Shown here: positions 1 to 11,868 of the stretch, piece after piece
How the letters are laid out: every line of letters starts with the position of its first letter
Position numbering within the stretch: the stretch's first letter is position 1
Source of the DNA: Ascoidea asiatica JCM 7603
Taxonomy: Eukaryota > Fungi > Ascomycota
Length of the DNA stretch: 64,000 bases
NCBI GenBank assembly: GCA_001600695.1
Contig: BCKQ01000009.1
Location: forward strand, 266,913 to 330,912
Direction: 5' to 3'
Program-made: the position numbers and the translations under genes
Notes under the pieces: generated by a model
The model's input: the letters and a program-made list of their open reading frames with translations, nothing else
The model's database searches: none
What the model was told of the DNA's origin: nothing

Positions 1-553
1 TTTGTGATGGATTATAGCTTGAAATAGCTGATGGTGGAGTTGAGGAAGTATCATTATAATATATTCTTTCATCAAAACAGGAATTTGCAGACTCAAGACT
101 AGGACTATTTATATTTGTGACTGGTGAAGAATTACCAATATTTAAATAATCAATTGGAAGATGTAAATTTGGCTGAATGAATTGATTTAAATTATTGAGA
201 TTAAAATTTTGAAGATTATTACTATTATTAACATTGTATAAATTATTTGAATTATTTAAATTAGTGAGATTATTTGAAGTGTTAAAATTATTAAAATTAT
301 TGAAATTATTGAAATTATTGAAATTATTTAAATCATTTAAATTACTTTGATCCAGAGTACTAAAACTATTCATATTGTTAACATTTGTATAAGTATCTAA
401 TAATCCAGATTGAATATTTTGTTGGTTAATTGGCTGATTATTTTGTTGAGGATTATTTATAACATATTGAAACATATTTTCAATATCTGGGTTAAATGAA
501 TCCATGTTAAGATTTTCTGGATTAGGTGATGAATCTTTATTATTGTCTGACAT
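1..553 (-). CDS. Partial ORF (3' end beyond window), Asn-rich N-terminus of an unidentified protein, possibly a regulator
   Basis: ATG at 553-551 opens MSDNNKDSSPNPENLNMDSFNPDIENMFQY... with no stop to position 1 (184 codons). Composition and codon usage match neighbouring genes. Not in the ORF track because it has no stop. Confidence 0.8.
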   Translation of the reverse strand, partial: MSDNNKDSSPNPENLNMDSFNPDIENMFQYVINNPQQNNQPINQQNIQSGLLDTYTNVNNMNSFSTLDQSNLNDLNNFNNFNNFNNFNNFNTSNNLTNLNNSNNLYNVNNSNNLQNFNLNNLNQFIQPNLHLPIDYLNIGNSSPVTNINSPSLESANSCFDERIYYNDTSSTPPSAISSYNPSQ

Positions 554-2283
554 GTTGTGAAAAAAAAATAAAATGAATTTGATAAATTACTATATTTGAT
601 ATAATTAATATACTAATTACTTCTTTGGAGGTTATTATTTTGTTATTTGAATGAAGGTTTGAAACTTATAAAGATGAATTAAAATTTAATTAATTAATTA
701 ATTATAATGAAGTAGGAAATTTCAGGGATTATATATAATTTAAGACAATATCATTAAAAAAAGTTAAAGAAAAATTAAAGGAAAAGGGAATCATTAAATA
801 ATAAGAATTTTGGGGTTAATTAAAAATAAAAAATCTTGGATTATAAGAAAGAAATAAAATAATTATTGTATAAAGGTATAAATATAATTGATATGAATTA
901 GTGTTTTAAAACTTTAGTTATATTACCGGTGAAGTAAAAGTAATTTAAAAAAAATTTAAAAGTAACTTTATTGATTACTATTTGTTTTAATTGAATAAAT
1001 TAAATGTTTAATAAAGTTTGGATTAAACGTGAAGTTTTAGGATGAAAAAAAACATGAGAGAGAAGGTGAAGTAAAGTAAGTACAGTATGAATAGTAAACT
1101 AAAAAAAATAAATTAATTAAAAAATTAAAAAGTATAAAACAGAAGATAAACTTTTTTTTTACAAAAAATTTGAAATAATAAGAAATTTTTGAAATTTCCA
1201 AGAAAATAAAAATTAGATGTTAAAACAAAAAAAATTGTTTATAATCGCAAATAATGTAAAATAAAGTGAATTCTGAATATCTTCTGTAAGAAAAAAATTG
1301 TAATTAAACTTTTAATACAGAATTGAATGTTATACAAGTAAGTTAAAAATAATTTCTGTGCCCGTAGTAAAAAGGATATTTGAATTTTACGTTAATAGAA
1401 AAAAAAGATTGCAAAGATGTAAAACAAATAGTAGTAGAAGATGAAATCTTTTAGGCAACTTACAGTAGTAGTTAAGTTAAAGATTATACGGTAATATTGT
1501 TCAAGTATTTACAATTTCACAAGTATAAGATTTCATTTACAAATTTTAAATAATTGACTGAATTGATAAGAAATTTTTCCAATAGAAATTTTCAAAAGAT
1601 TAGAAGTAAATATATCTAAGAAATACATGTGTTCTTAATCAATCTTGTTTTCCTTTTCTTTTTATGATTTCTTTGAAATTTACTTTTTATTTCCAGACCA
1701 TATTTTGAACTTTTCTTTTGAGATCAAAAAGAAGTGACTGACAGGCAATAAATGTGAAATTATGGATTTTTGATATGAAAAGTACACTTTTAATTTTAAG
1801 TGCAATTAGCAAATTTAATCGACCTTAGACAGTCCCAGAAATATAATGAAATTTATCAATTAAAGCGATAATCAAAAGGTAATTGAAGTCTACGAAGTAA
1901 CCAAAAAAAAAAAAACGACATATGAAGATGCATTCTTTGGAAAATCGAAGAATATTTGTTAGTAGTAGATTGGACTGGATTGGATTGGATAATCTTTTGT
2001 ATTAGAATAAGCAGTTTCATATCAGCTTAATTCTTGACCGAAAATCAAAACGATGAGTGAAATATTTATGAAATTAAGTCTGAATAAAAGCAGCTTCAAT
2101 ACGTAAAATCATCAAATTCACACAGACCATCAAGATGTCACAGTCCAAAACACGAACAGCTATCATCGAGTCAAGTGTTGCCTTTAGGGGCCAGTGCGTA
2201 TATATTTTTGGTGTTTTTTCTTGTGTTTTGGTGATAAAAAAGATGGAGAAAGCTTGTTCCGAGCTGTACACGGTCATGGGCAA

Positions 2284-2321
2284 ACGCGTTCCTGCATCAT
2301 GACTGCTGTATAGACGCGCGT
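2284..2321. promoter_or_regulatory. MCB-like elements (ACGCGT 2284-2289; ACGCGCGT 2314-2321)
   Basis: CG-rich motifs within a GC-richer island upstream of the left-edge gene. Another ACGCGT lies at 4886-4891. Confidence 0.45.
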
Positions 2322-3549
2322 GTGCAGAATATGGCGCGGGTCTTGCCCAAACGAGCCATTACAGGATCACATTCTTTTCTTTTGGTGGACTTTCTTTTCT
2401 TGACACTGACACAGAGAGAGAGACTGTATTATGGAAGAGCAAATTAAATTTAATTGTCGATGAAATTTGAATGTCCTCATTTGATATATTATGAAGTGAT
2501 TGGACCATGATTTTGATAAGAAAACCAAGAATGTCAAGTTGATTCAAAAAGAAACTGTTGTATAGCTTATCAACATTTGAGCGTTTTTTTTGTTTTTTTT
2601 GTTATTTTAATTTGAAAGGGGAACTTTTAATCTGACAAAGTGAAAGGGGATTTCCTCTTAATTGCAATTAAAAAAACAATATCTATATTATTATTGATAT
2701 TAATAACATAACAAGATAAAAGATAAAAGAAAAAAAAACTAAAAAATTAAACCTATGAACAGGTTGAACTTAAACGAGGTTATGTTGTTAGTGATATTAA
2801 ACTGTATAATCTGTTTACGGAATAGTATTATAAAACCCAAAAAAAATTAAAAAAATTTTGTAATGTAATCAGTAACGTTACTGTATTACGATGGTGGCTA
2901 TTAAATTGTATGATTAATTTCCTCCAATGATACATCTTTATACACGATTTACGTGATTTGAATGCATTGATAAAGTTTGGAGGGTTAATTAACCACAAAA
3001 TAACTTTAATTTAAAATTTAATTCAAAAAAACATAACATTACAGTATTTACCATATTTGATTTTCGTATTAAGAATTTCAGGAAATATTCAGATAAAATT
3101 ATTTTTAATAATATACAGTATATAGTATTATGAATGACTACGTTTTAATAAATTAATCAAATTGACAGTATTTAAAAATGTTTTATTTATGTCTGTGGGA
3201 ATGAATATAATATACCGAAGGATACCATGTCAATATTAGTTAAATTTTAATAATCAATTACGAGTTTTAAAAAAACAGAAAAAAAAAAAAAAACAAATTA
3301 GAAAACTGGAGGGTGATTGTATTTCGAACGAAATATCTAATTATTACTAAGAAGTTATCTAACTCAAATTATAAACAATTGTTAATTAAAATATAAAATA
3401 TATAAAAATTATATAAAAAATGTGGGAGGTAAGCGCCCTATTTATATTAGTGGAAAATAGGAGCGGGTAACTCACCTTAAGAATAACTTTGTAAATTTGG
3501 TATGTGAAAGTTCACTTTTCATACTTAAGAAAAAAAATAAAATAAAGTA

Positions 3550-3775
3550 TTGTTCTAAAAGAAACTACGTCATTCTAAGAACAAACACAAAGATTCCAGT
3601 ACATTCGAGATGCACACAGAACTTTGAAGAAAGAATAAATAATGCAGACCCAGAACGTTCTAGTACATTTAACATGCGCACGGAAGTTCTGAGAACGCAA
3701 TAGAATGTAGTCGTAGAACAATCTATGCAATCTTAGAAAGTCTAAGAATAGCCTAGAATATTCAAAGACAATTCC
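3550..3775. promoter_or_regulatory. Heat-shock-element-like GAA/TTC array
   Basis: GAAcgTTCtaGTA at 3653-3665. GAA repeats at exact 10-bp steps at 3736, 3746 and 3756, ending in GAAtaTTC. Confidence 0.45.
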
Positions 3776-6700
3776 AATAAAAGAATAAAAGGATTAACAA
3801 TCAAGGGCAAGATGTACTTCATACATCTGTAGGTAAATATTTTTTTGTAAATTGCATGAAAGCAAAATTTGAACAATTGTTGTACTGAAGCTGTCGAAAA
3901 AGCAAAATTTAATTCAAAAAATTAATAATAAGTTTCACAATAATCTTTATCTTTTAAGTATGTAAAATATTAGAAAATTCATGAAACCCTCGGTTATGAA
4001 TTAAAAAATAATAAAAAATATATGAATATTATAATAAAAAAAGGATAAGATTATTGATATCATTAATTTTTTAGTTATATTTTCTTAAAATATATAAAGG
4101 GGTATGTAAAATGATTTAAAAAATTTAGTAATTGGATCCAAGAAATTATAACTAAAAAACGTTATCATCCCTATTTTAACAATGATGATAAATATCATTG
4201 ATAATTAACATGGTAATTATGATAATCATGGTAATTATAGTACTTGTGATTATAAAATTTTTTAGGTTTAATTAACAGGTAATATTGTTTCAAAAATATC
4301 AAAAACAATAAGCCAGTGAATTAAATAATTTACAATCTTATCATTTTTAATTACTTTTATAAATTTGTAAATGTGGAAATAATTTTATCTGAAAGTATTA
4401 AAAGGAGACCTTATTCCGATTTCATTTTTAATAATAATAATAATAGTAATAATAATAATAAAAAGAAAATAACAAGGATTTAAAATTGTAATTGTATGAA
4501 AGTATTAAAAGCTTTAAAAAGAATATTCTAGCTCGTAATTTAGAAATAAAAGAATATATGATCATTTGAATATACCATTATGATTATGATTATGGATTTG
4601 ATTATAATTTTAATTATGATTATGATTATATGAATATAGTATTATGTAATATAAGAATGATGACCAAATAATAATATGATTGATGTTTGACAAATAGTAT
4701 AAATAAATTGATTGAAGGAAAGCTGTAAAGTCCTAAACTAGCCAAAAAGTAAATTCAAAACTTAAGTTTTTTTAATTAAAAATAACAATTTTATTTATTA
4801 AAATATTAAAATATTTAAATAAAAATTTAAGATTTGTGATTTGTAAGAAGATGAAAAAATACAGAAATTTTTTAACTTTTCTTGCACGCGTTTGCAAAAT
4901 TTTGCCATTTGGCAACTAAACCAGCTTTCTACAAGGAAAAAACCAGAATATTGGCGAACTTCTGGCACATGATGCTAAACCCCTAAGGCAAGGCGATAAT
5001 CCCCAGTTAATTTTCCACACTGAGGCTGATTTTGAAACTCCGAAAATCCAAATAAACAAGTTTTTAATTTTTATGATATTATGTAATAGCACCTGATGCA
5101 ATTACTTTTTTTTTATTTATGCCACGTGATATATAAGTTTTATTTTTTAAACTTTCACCTTCACTTTTCTTTTGTTGCCACTCCTATTTTAATCCCGGGC
5201 TCTCGTCCTATTTCTTTCACTAAAGTAATAGTGAAAACTGTTTTCGGATTGGAATCCTGAAGAGAAAATTGTTAAAAGATTCAATCAATTCAGGAAAATG
5301 ATGAATAACCACTTTATACGGTATATCTTGTATATTATCACAGTACAGCAGTCTACTATGGTAACCTAGGATTATAATATATATAATATTAAGAGGTCAT
5401 TGCATCGTAGGGCTCAATTATGTGAAGCTTGCTTCTCCTTAGTTAGGAGTCTCCATTTTAGAACCATCATTCTGGATTCTCAGGAACCAACTGCACTGGA
5501 AAATACGCTGGTGTGCACATTTTGCACTGCAATAACAGTTTAGAAAGGCAGTTCAAAGTGCCTAAAAATTGCGCGCAATGCACTTTATCTGCTCAATATA
5601 CCTGAAGCTCAAAATATTCTGACCAATTACAGCTGCGTAAATATCCCCGAGAAAAAATGACAAATGTTAATTACGGCAAGTTACAAAGATAGTATAAGTC
5701 ACGTTATAACTTACTTAAAAAAGCTTGTAGATTTAGGTTCAGGGGTTGCTTATTGCCAGCATTTTGTGGCTAATTGAGTGGCGGTTCTATACTGATAGGG
5801 GGTGGTTGACCCGGAAGTCTGGCACAAAAGAGGCTTGTTGGTGGCAAATGAAACGCTTGCCACGCACAGCGCAGCGGCCGCGGCGTAGCGGGAGCAGTGC
5901 TGTCTTCAGGCAGAAAGCTGTTACGTAGTAATACTGTTAGTACTGTGCTGTGGGCTCTCATGGCACCGTTAGCAGCTAGCTTTGCGGTAAAGTTACTGGA
6001 CTGAATAATAATAAAATATATTTATTGAATATTAAATATTAAATATTAAATATTATTATTGTTCAATATTCAATATTTCATATTTCACTTGATTTAATCT
6101 CAATATTTCATTAACTTAGCTTGATAGCTTAGATACAATTGTTTAAGTAGCTTTAGTTATACTAAAATTGTAGTAATAAAGAGTAGTAAAAGTAATTGCA
6201 AATAATTGTAATAGTATCTATAGTATCTATCACAAATATATCTGCTATTTCATTTTCAATAATTAAATTACTAATTTCATATATCCTACATATATTTAGA
6301 TAGCTTAACTTTACAATATATATCTTTTAATCTACATTTTCAGATAAGATTATATATTAAGAATTATATTTTATATTATAAAGTAAAATAGTATTCAATA
6401 GCTATTTAATCTTTCTTTATTGCATTTAATTCCATTTCAATATATTGATTTCACTGTTTTGGCACTTTTCTTAGTATCATTAATTCATCATTATATTATA
6501 TATTATATTATATTATAGTCAAATATTTTCAATTGGTTTTAATATTCACTATTTATTAAAAACTTCGATTCAATTTATCAATTTATCAATTTATCAATAT
6601 ATCAATATATCAATATATCAATATATTACTATTTATATAATAATTCAATCAAAGCTTTCTCCGTATACATATCTCAAGATTATTAATCTATTTCCTATTA

Positions 6701-7012
6701 ATATAATAACATTAATATATCTTTAGTAAATAATAAATAATATCTCCAAGAATCAAATTATTTACATCTTTACATATTTACATATTCATATATAATATTT
6801 ATATATTTATATATTTATATCTATATATCAATTTTTATATATATTACTAATCTCTTATCTTCTACTGAAAGAAAAAATATAGAAAACAAAATACAAAAAA
6901 ATTGAAGGCAAAAAAACCTACTAAGACCCTATTAATTGCTTATAAATATACCTTTTGCTACTCAATCAATTATAATTTTATCTCTATATTCACTTCATCA
7001 ATCAATCAATCA

Positions 7013-7024
7013 ATGAAATTCTAA
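7013..7024 (+). other. uORF (Met-Lys-Phe-stop) 5 nt upstream of the SFP1 start
   Basis: ATG AAA TTC TAA. It is the only ATG between 5963 and 7029. Confidence 0.65.
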
Positions 7025-7029
7025 TCAAA

Positions 7030-9138
7030 ATGAATCCTCAACCTTTTAATATAAATTTACCTCTTTATTCAACTGGTACTTCAAATAATGATTTATTCGA
7101 TTATGAATTTGATACTTCAATGAGTCCCGATAATTCAATTACATCAAATATTCATAATAATAATACTAATAATACTAATATTAATAATAATAATACCGTA
7201 AATAACAACATTCATAATCATAACAATAATTATATCACCAATACTAACATTAACAACAACAACAACAATCAATCAATTCAAAAAAATATTAATATATCCA
7301 ATAATAGAAATAATAATACTAATAATAATGATAATCATTTACCAAGTGATGTATTCAATGATAATTTCAATTTTAATTCAATTTCAAATTCAAATTCAAA
7401 TCAAAATTCAAATCAAATCCAAATTTCAAATAGATCTTCAAATTTAACTACAAAATTATCTTATACTAATAACGCTTCTCTATTAGATAATTCAAATACT
7501 CAAAAATCAAATAATATTAATATTAATAATACAAATACAAATTCAAATTTAACTACCAACAATAACAATAACAATCAAAATAATTCTCACTTTTATAATA
7601 TGAATTCATCAAACTTCAATAGTTCAAATCACCAAAATAATAACAACAACAATAACAATAACAATAATAGAAATTCTAATCAAATTCAAATCCAAAATCA
7701 ATCTCAAAATTCAAAATTTAGAAGAGAAAGTATAGCTCATTCTTATGGTATGGGTGGTGTAGGTTGGGGTTCCCTGACTATTGGTTCTTGGATAAAAGAT
7801 GAAATTTTAATGAATACAAATTTTTTTTCTTTATCACCTCCTTCAAATACTAATAATATTAATATGAATTTAAATATGAATATGACAAATAATAATAATT
7901 TAACAAATTTAAATAATTTAAATAATTTAAATAATTTAGCCGGTTTAAATGGTTTAAATGGTTTAAATGATCAAGATTTAAATGATTTGAATTTAAATTT
8001 TGATTCAAATCAAAATCCAACTTCAAATTATTTACCAAATTTAGAAGCTGAATATTGTAAAGATTATGTTTGTTGTGGAGAAGTTTTACCTTCTTTACAT
8101 GATCTTTTAAAACATTATGAAGATTCACATATTGCAATTTCTCCTCAAAATGAACCAAGAAATCTAAGACCTGCTTCAACATTAATGGAAGGTGTTTCAA
8201 CTAATGAAGTTTTTTTATCTGATGAAGCTGATGATAATAATCATTTCGTGAATAATACAAGTAAACATGGTAATATTAATAATAGTAATAATAATAATAA
8301 CATCAATAATAACATCAATAAAAATAATAATAATATCAATAACTTGAATAACAATAATGGTAACAATAATTCTTCTAATAATAACCATACTGGAAATACT
8401 AATCAAAATAATAATAACTTAGCAAACCACAACAATAGAGTCAATATTAACAATAATATCAATAATAATAATATTAATAATAATAATGCTAATAATATCA
8501 GTAACAATAACAATAATAATAATAATATAATCAATGGCATCAATAATAATAACTTAAATATTCATAATGTCAATGGTAATTTGAAAAATGGTCCCGTTGC
8601 TGTTAATTCTAATAATATTAGTAATACTATAAATAATTTGAATGGTAATGGAATGGGCTTAAATCTTGCTATAAATACTACTGATAATAATCAATCTTTC
8701 AATTTATCTCAATTTACTCAAAACTCTCATTCTTTACAAAAAAGTCGTAATAATTTATCTAGTATACCAATGGTTAATTCTCATTCTCAACTGAATAAAT
8801 TAAATGAAGATGATGAAATGTGTATAGATGATCCTGCAAGACATTTATATGTTGAAAGAGGTGATTCAAAACCATTTAGATGTCCAGTAATTGGTTGTGA
8901 TAAAACTTATAAAAATCAAAATGGTTTAAAATATCATAGAATTCATGGTCATCAAAATCAAAAATTAATGGAAAATGAAGATGGTAGCTTCTCAATCATT
9001 GATCCTTCTTCAAATTGTCCGTATCCAGATAGTTCAGTTGCTCTTGAAAAGGATAAACCATATAGATGTGAAGTTTGTGGTAAAAGATATAAAAATCTTA
9101 ATGGGTTAAAATATCATCGTGCTCATACAACTCATTAA
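7030..9138 (+). CDS. SFP1: Split zinc-finger transcription factor Sfp1 (ribosome biogenesis regulator)
   Basis: RRESIAHSxGMGGVxWGSLTIGSW, YCKDYxCCG..LHDLLKHYE and CIDDPARHLY motifs, plus two separated C2H2 fingers (CPVIGCDKTYKNQNGLKYH; CEVCGKRYKNLNGLKYH). Long poly-Asn tracts. Confidence 0.95.
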   Translation: MNPQPFNINLPLYSTGTSNNDLFDYEFDTSMSPDNSITSNIHNNNTNNTNINNNNTVNNNIHNHNNNYITNTNINNNNNNQSIQKNINISNNRNNNTNNNDNHLPSDVFNDNFNFNSISNSNSNQNSNQIQISNRSSNLTTKLSYTNNASLLDNSNTQKSNNININNTNTNSNLTTNNNNNNQNNSHFYNMNSSNFNSSNHQNNNNNNNNNNNRNSNQIQIQNQSQNSKFRRESIAHSYGMGGVGWGSLTIGSWIKDEILMNTNFFSLSPPSNTNNINMNLNMNMTNNNNLTNLNNLNNLNNLAGLNGLNGLNDQDLNDLNLNFDSNQNPTSNYLPNLEAEYCKDYVCCGEVLPSLHDLLKHYEDSHIAISPQNEPRNLRPASTLMEGVSTNEVFLSDEADDNNHFVNNTSKHGNINNSNNNNNINNNINKNNNNINNLNNNNGNNNSSNNNHTGNTNQNNNNLANHNNRVNINNNINNNNINNNNANNISNNNNNNNNIINGINNNNLNIHNVNGNLKNGPVAVNSNNISNTINNLNGNGMGLNLAINTTDNNQSFNLSQFTQNSHSLQKSRNNLSSIPMVNSHSQLNKLNEDDEMCIDDPARHLYVERGDSKPFRCPVIGCDKTYKNQNGLKYHRIHGHQNQKLMENEDGSFSIIDPSSNCPYPDSSVALEKDKPYRCEVCGKRYKNLNGLKYHRAHTTH

Positions 9139-10363
9139 AAAATTTAGTATTATCTTGATTAATCCGTTATTTGTTATTCATTACTTTACTTGCTTGGTTT
9201 CCCCGAAATTGTTTCAACTCTATTTTTTATTTGGTCAATTTTCAGATAATTTATTATCAGTTTTTTTTACTTTATTACCCTTTATACTTAAGTGTATAAG
9301 AAATTGGTATTTAACAGTGAAATACTCAACTGATTGCTTTATGATATTGACTTCCCTTCGGCTTTTTTCTAAAAAGAAATGGGAATTAATTTTTGTCGAT
9401 TTCAATGTCTTACTACCCCTTTTTTTATTCAGGAAAACTTTAACTTACATTATTGGTAAATATTTGACATCAAAGAGTTGTTTTATATTTTTAGCTTAAC
9501 ACTCTGACATTCATGTGAATTAGTCTTTATGTGTGGCTCAAAAACGATAACTATTTTTTCAATCATACCTGAAATTTTTAATTTAGTTTTTGATTATTTC
9601 CAAAGTTTATCGCAGACTCTTATAGTTATTTTTTATGGGAAATCTTTAAGAAAAGAGGTTATGCTACTCATCTTTGAATAGTTATTAATTTTCAAAAGTT
9701 TTTGTATTTAAGATGGTTTTAATTCTACTATCAGTCAATAATGGAGTTCAAATGCTTTGAAAACTGTGATGCTGAAATTCTCACTTTTTTTCTAATTGGC
9801 TTCTCAATACTAAGTTTGCTTTTCTTTTAAAGCAGATTTTATGAATTATACTCGCTGCATTTGTCATTGTATTCTTCGATATATTTTGATTTTAGTGAAT
9901 ACTATGGTTTCATTATGATTGGTTTTATTTAATCTTGTTCATCAATTCTCATATAACATACTCAATATTTCTTTTTATAATTTATAAATCCAATAAAAAC
10001 TATCTTAGGGCACTTCTGTCCCACTTTTGTATAGTTTTGTCATACTTTTAAACGAATCCAAATCTATGGATCTGATCGAGCACCAGCTTTTTTTATCTTG
10101 TTTCGATCCCAAATCTTTCTTGAGGTTATGCAGTCGTATAACTGTAACGAATTGCAGTATTAACATTAGAGTTAAATCGGCAGGCTCCAGATTTTGATTC
10201 GCTAAAATTGATTCTTCCAAGGAGGATTTTACTAACTATAAGAATAGTATCATCTTTTGCTTAAAAACTAATCATTATTAAAAACAAAAAGTTAAAGCCA
10301 TTTTTCTTCATTGAAAGAGAAAATTTTTACAATTTTTTTACTAGCTAGTTAGTTTGCTTGAAA

Positions 10364-11419
10364 ATGGGTGAAAAAATTGTTGTTGTAGGGGCTGGAATTG
10401 TAGGTTTATATACTGTCTTTTCATTACTTGAGAAAGGTTTGAAAGATATAACTGTGATAGCTGAGTATTTTTCGGATGATCAGTCAATAAATTATACTTC
10501 ACCATGGGCAGGAGGTAATTTTTGTGCAATATCTCCTTCAGATTCATTAACTTTGCAGATGGATAAGTTCACATATTTGAATTTATTCAAAATTCAAGAA
10601 AAACTAGGTGGTCCAGAAAATTCGGGTTTAGATATGTTTCCAATGACTGAATTCTGGGATTTTGAACCTCCTATAGCTAAATTAGAATCTTTAAAGACTT
10701 ATTTAAAAGATTTTAAGATTTTATCTAAAGAGGAATTAAGTTTAAAAAATGAACCAAAAATAAAATTTGGTGTTTCTTATACTACTTGGAATTTCAATTG
10801 TCCATTTTTTCTTAAACAAATGACTAATTATATGAAATCAAAAAATGTCAAATTTATTAGAAAAAAATTGTCACATATTTCACAAGCTTATTATGATGAT
10901 CAAGTTAAAGTTGTATTCAATTGTACTGGTATTGGTGCAAGAGAATTAGTTAAAGATTTTAATGTTTATCCTGGGAGAGGTCAAGTTGTTGTAATCAAAG
11001 CACCACACATAAAAGAAAATTGTGTAAGATGGGCTGAGGATTCTGCTACTTATATAATCCCAAGGCCATATTCCAATGATTCTCTAGTCTTAGGTGGCTT
11101 TATTCAAAAAGATAATTGGACTGGCGATACTTTTGGTGTTCAATCGGATGATATCTTAAAAAGAACAACAAAATTGTTACCTAAAATCTTAGATTTAAAT
11201 CCACAAGGTAATAAAATTGAAGATTTGGAAATCAAAAGAGTAGCAGCAGGTTTGAGACCATATAGACATGGTGGGCCAAGAGTTGATAAAGAAATTTTAC
11301 CCGAAAATAAATTATTGATATCAAATTATGGTCATGGTGGTTATGGCTATCAATCTGGTTATGGTTGGTCGAATGCTGCAACTGATTTACTTTTAAAATC
11401 TTTAACTTCGAAGTTATAG
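10364..11419 (+). CDS. DAO1: Peroxisomal D-amino-acid oxidase family flavoprotein
   Basis: GAGIVG Rossmann motif, YTSPWAGGN, RGQVV, TYIIPRP, GLRP and NYGHGGYGYQ, with C-terminal PTS1 SKL. True ATG is at 10364; the track starts at an upstream TTG. Confidence 0.92.
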   Translation: MGEKIVVVGAGIVGLYTVFSLLEKGLKDITVIAEYFSDDQSINYTSPWAGGNFCAISPSDSLTLQMDKFTYLNLFKIQEKLGGPENSGLDMFPMTEFWDFEPPIAKLESLKTYLKDFKILSKEELSLKNEPKIKFGVSYTTWNFNCPFFLKQMTNYMKSKNVKFIRKKLSHISQAYYDDQVKVVFNCTGIGARELVKDFNVYPGRGQVVVIKAPHIKENCVRWAEDSATYIIPRPYSNDSLVLGGFIQKDNWTGDTFGVQSDDILKRTTKLLPKILDLNPQGNKIEDLEIKRVAAGLRPYRHGGPRVDKEILPENKLLISNYGHGGYGYQSGYGWSNAATDLLLKSLTSKL

Positions 11420-11868
11420 TTTATAAACGGTTTCAATTGTACCAATCTAATAGCCTAAATTGCGCATTATACTGTCTCTATTCTACTATCTATATTCTTT
11501 GAATTGTTAATCTATAGTTATTTTTTTATTGTGAAATAAACATTTATTTCTTTTGAATCAAAACTCTAAAAAGACTGATAGGTACAAAAAAAATAAAATT
11601 GACTTGCATACTACAATTATAATATAAGATTTTTTTAGGAGAAACCTTATTTGAAAAAAAATAGAAGAATGTCTGAAAAGTAAAAAGCAGCATAAAATTA
11701 ACAGAGAAGAAACTAAAATTTAGGCAAAAATAAATTTTTGAGAAACTATAAAAAAATCATGAAATTAACGATGAAATAATGATTTGGGAAAAGAAGAAAA
11801 AATGAAGGATACAGAATTAAAGTTGAAAAAAATCAGATTAATGTCCATTTGATCAACAAAAGGTTAAA

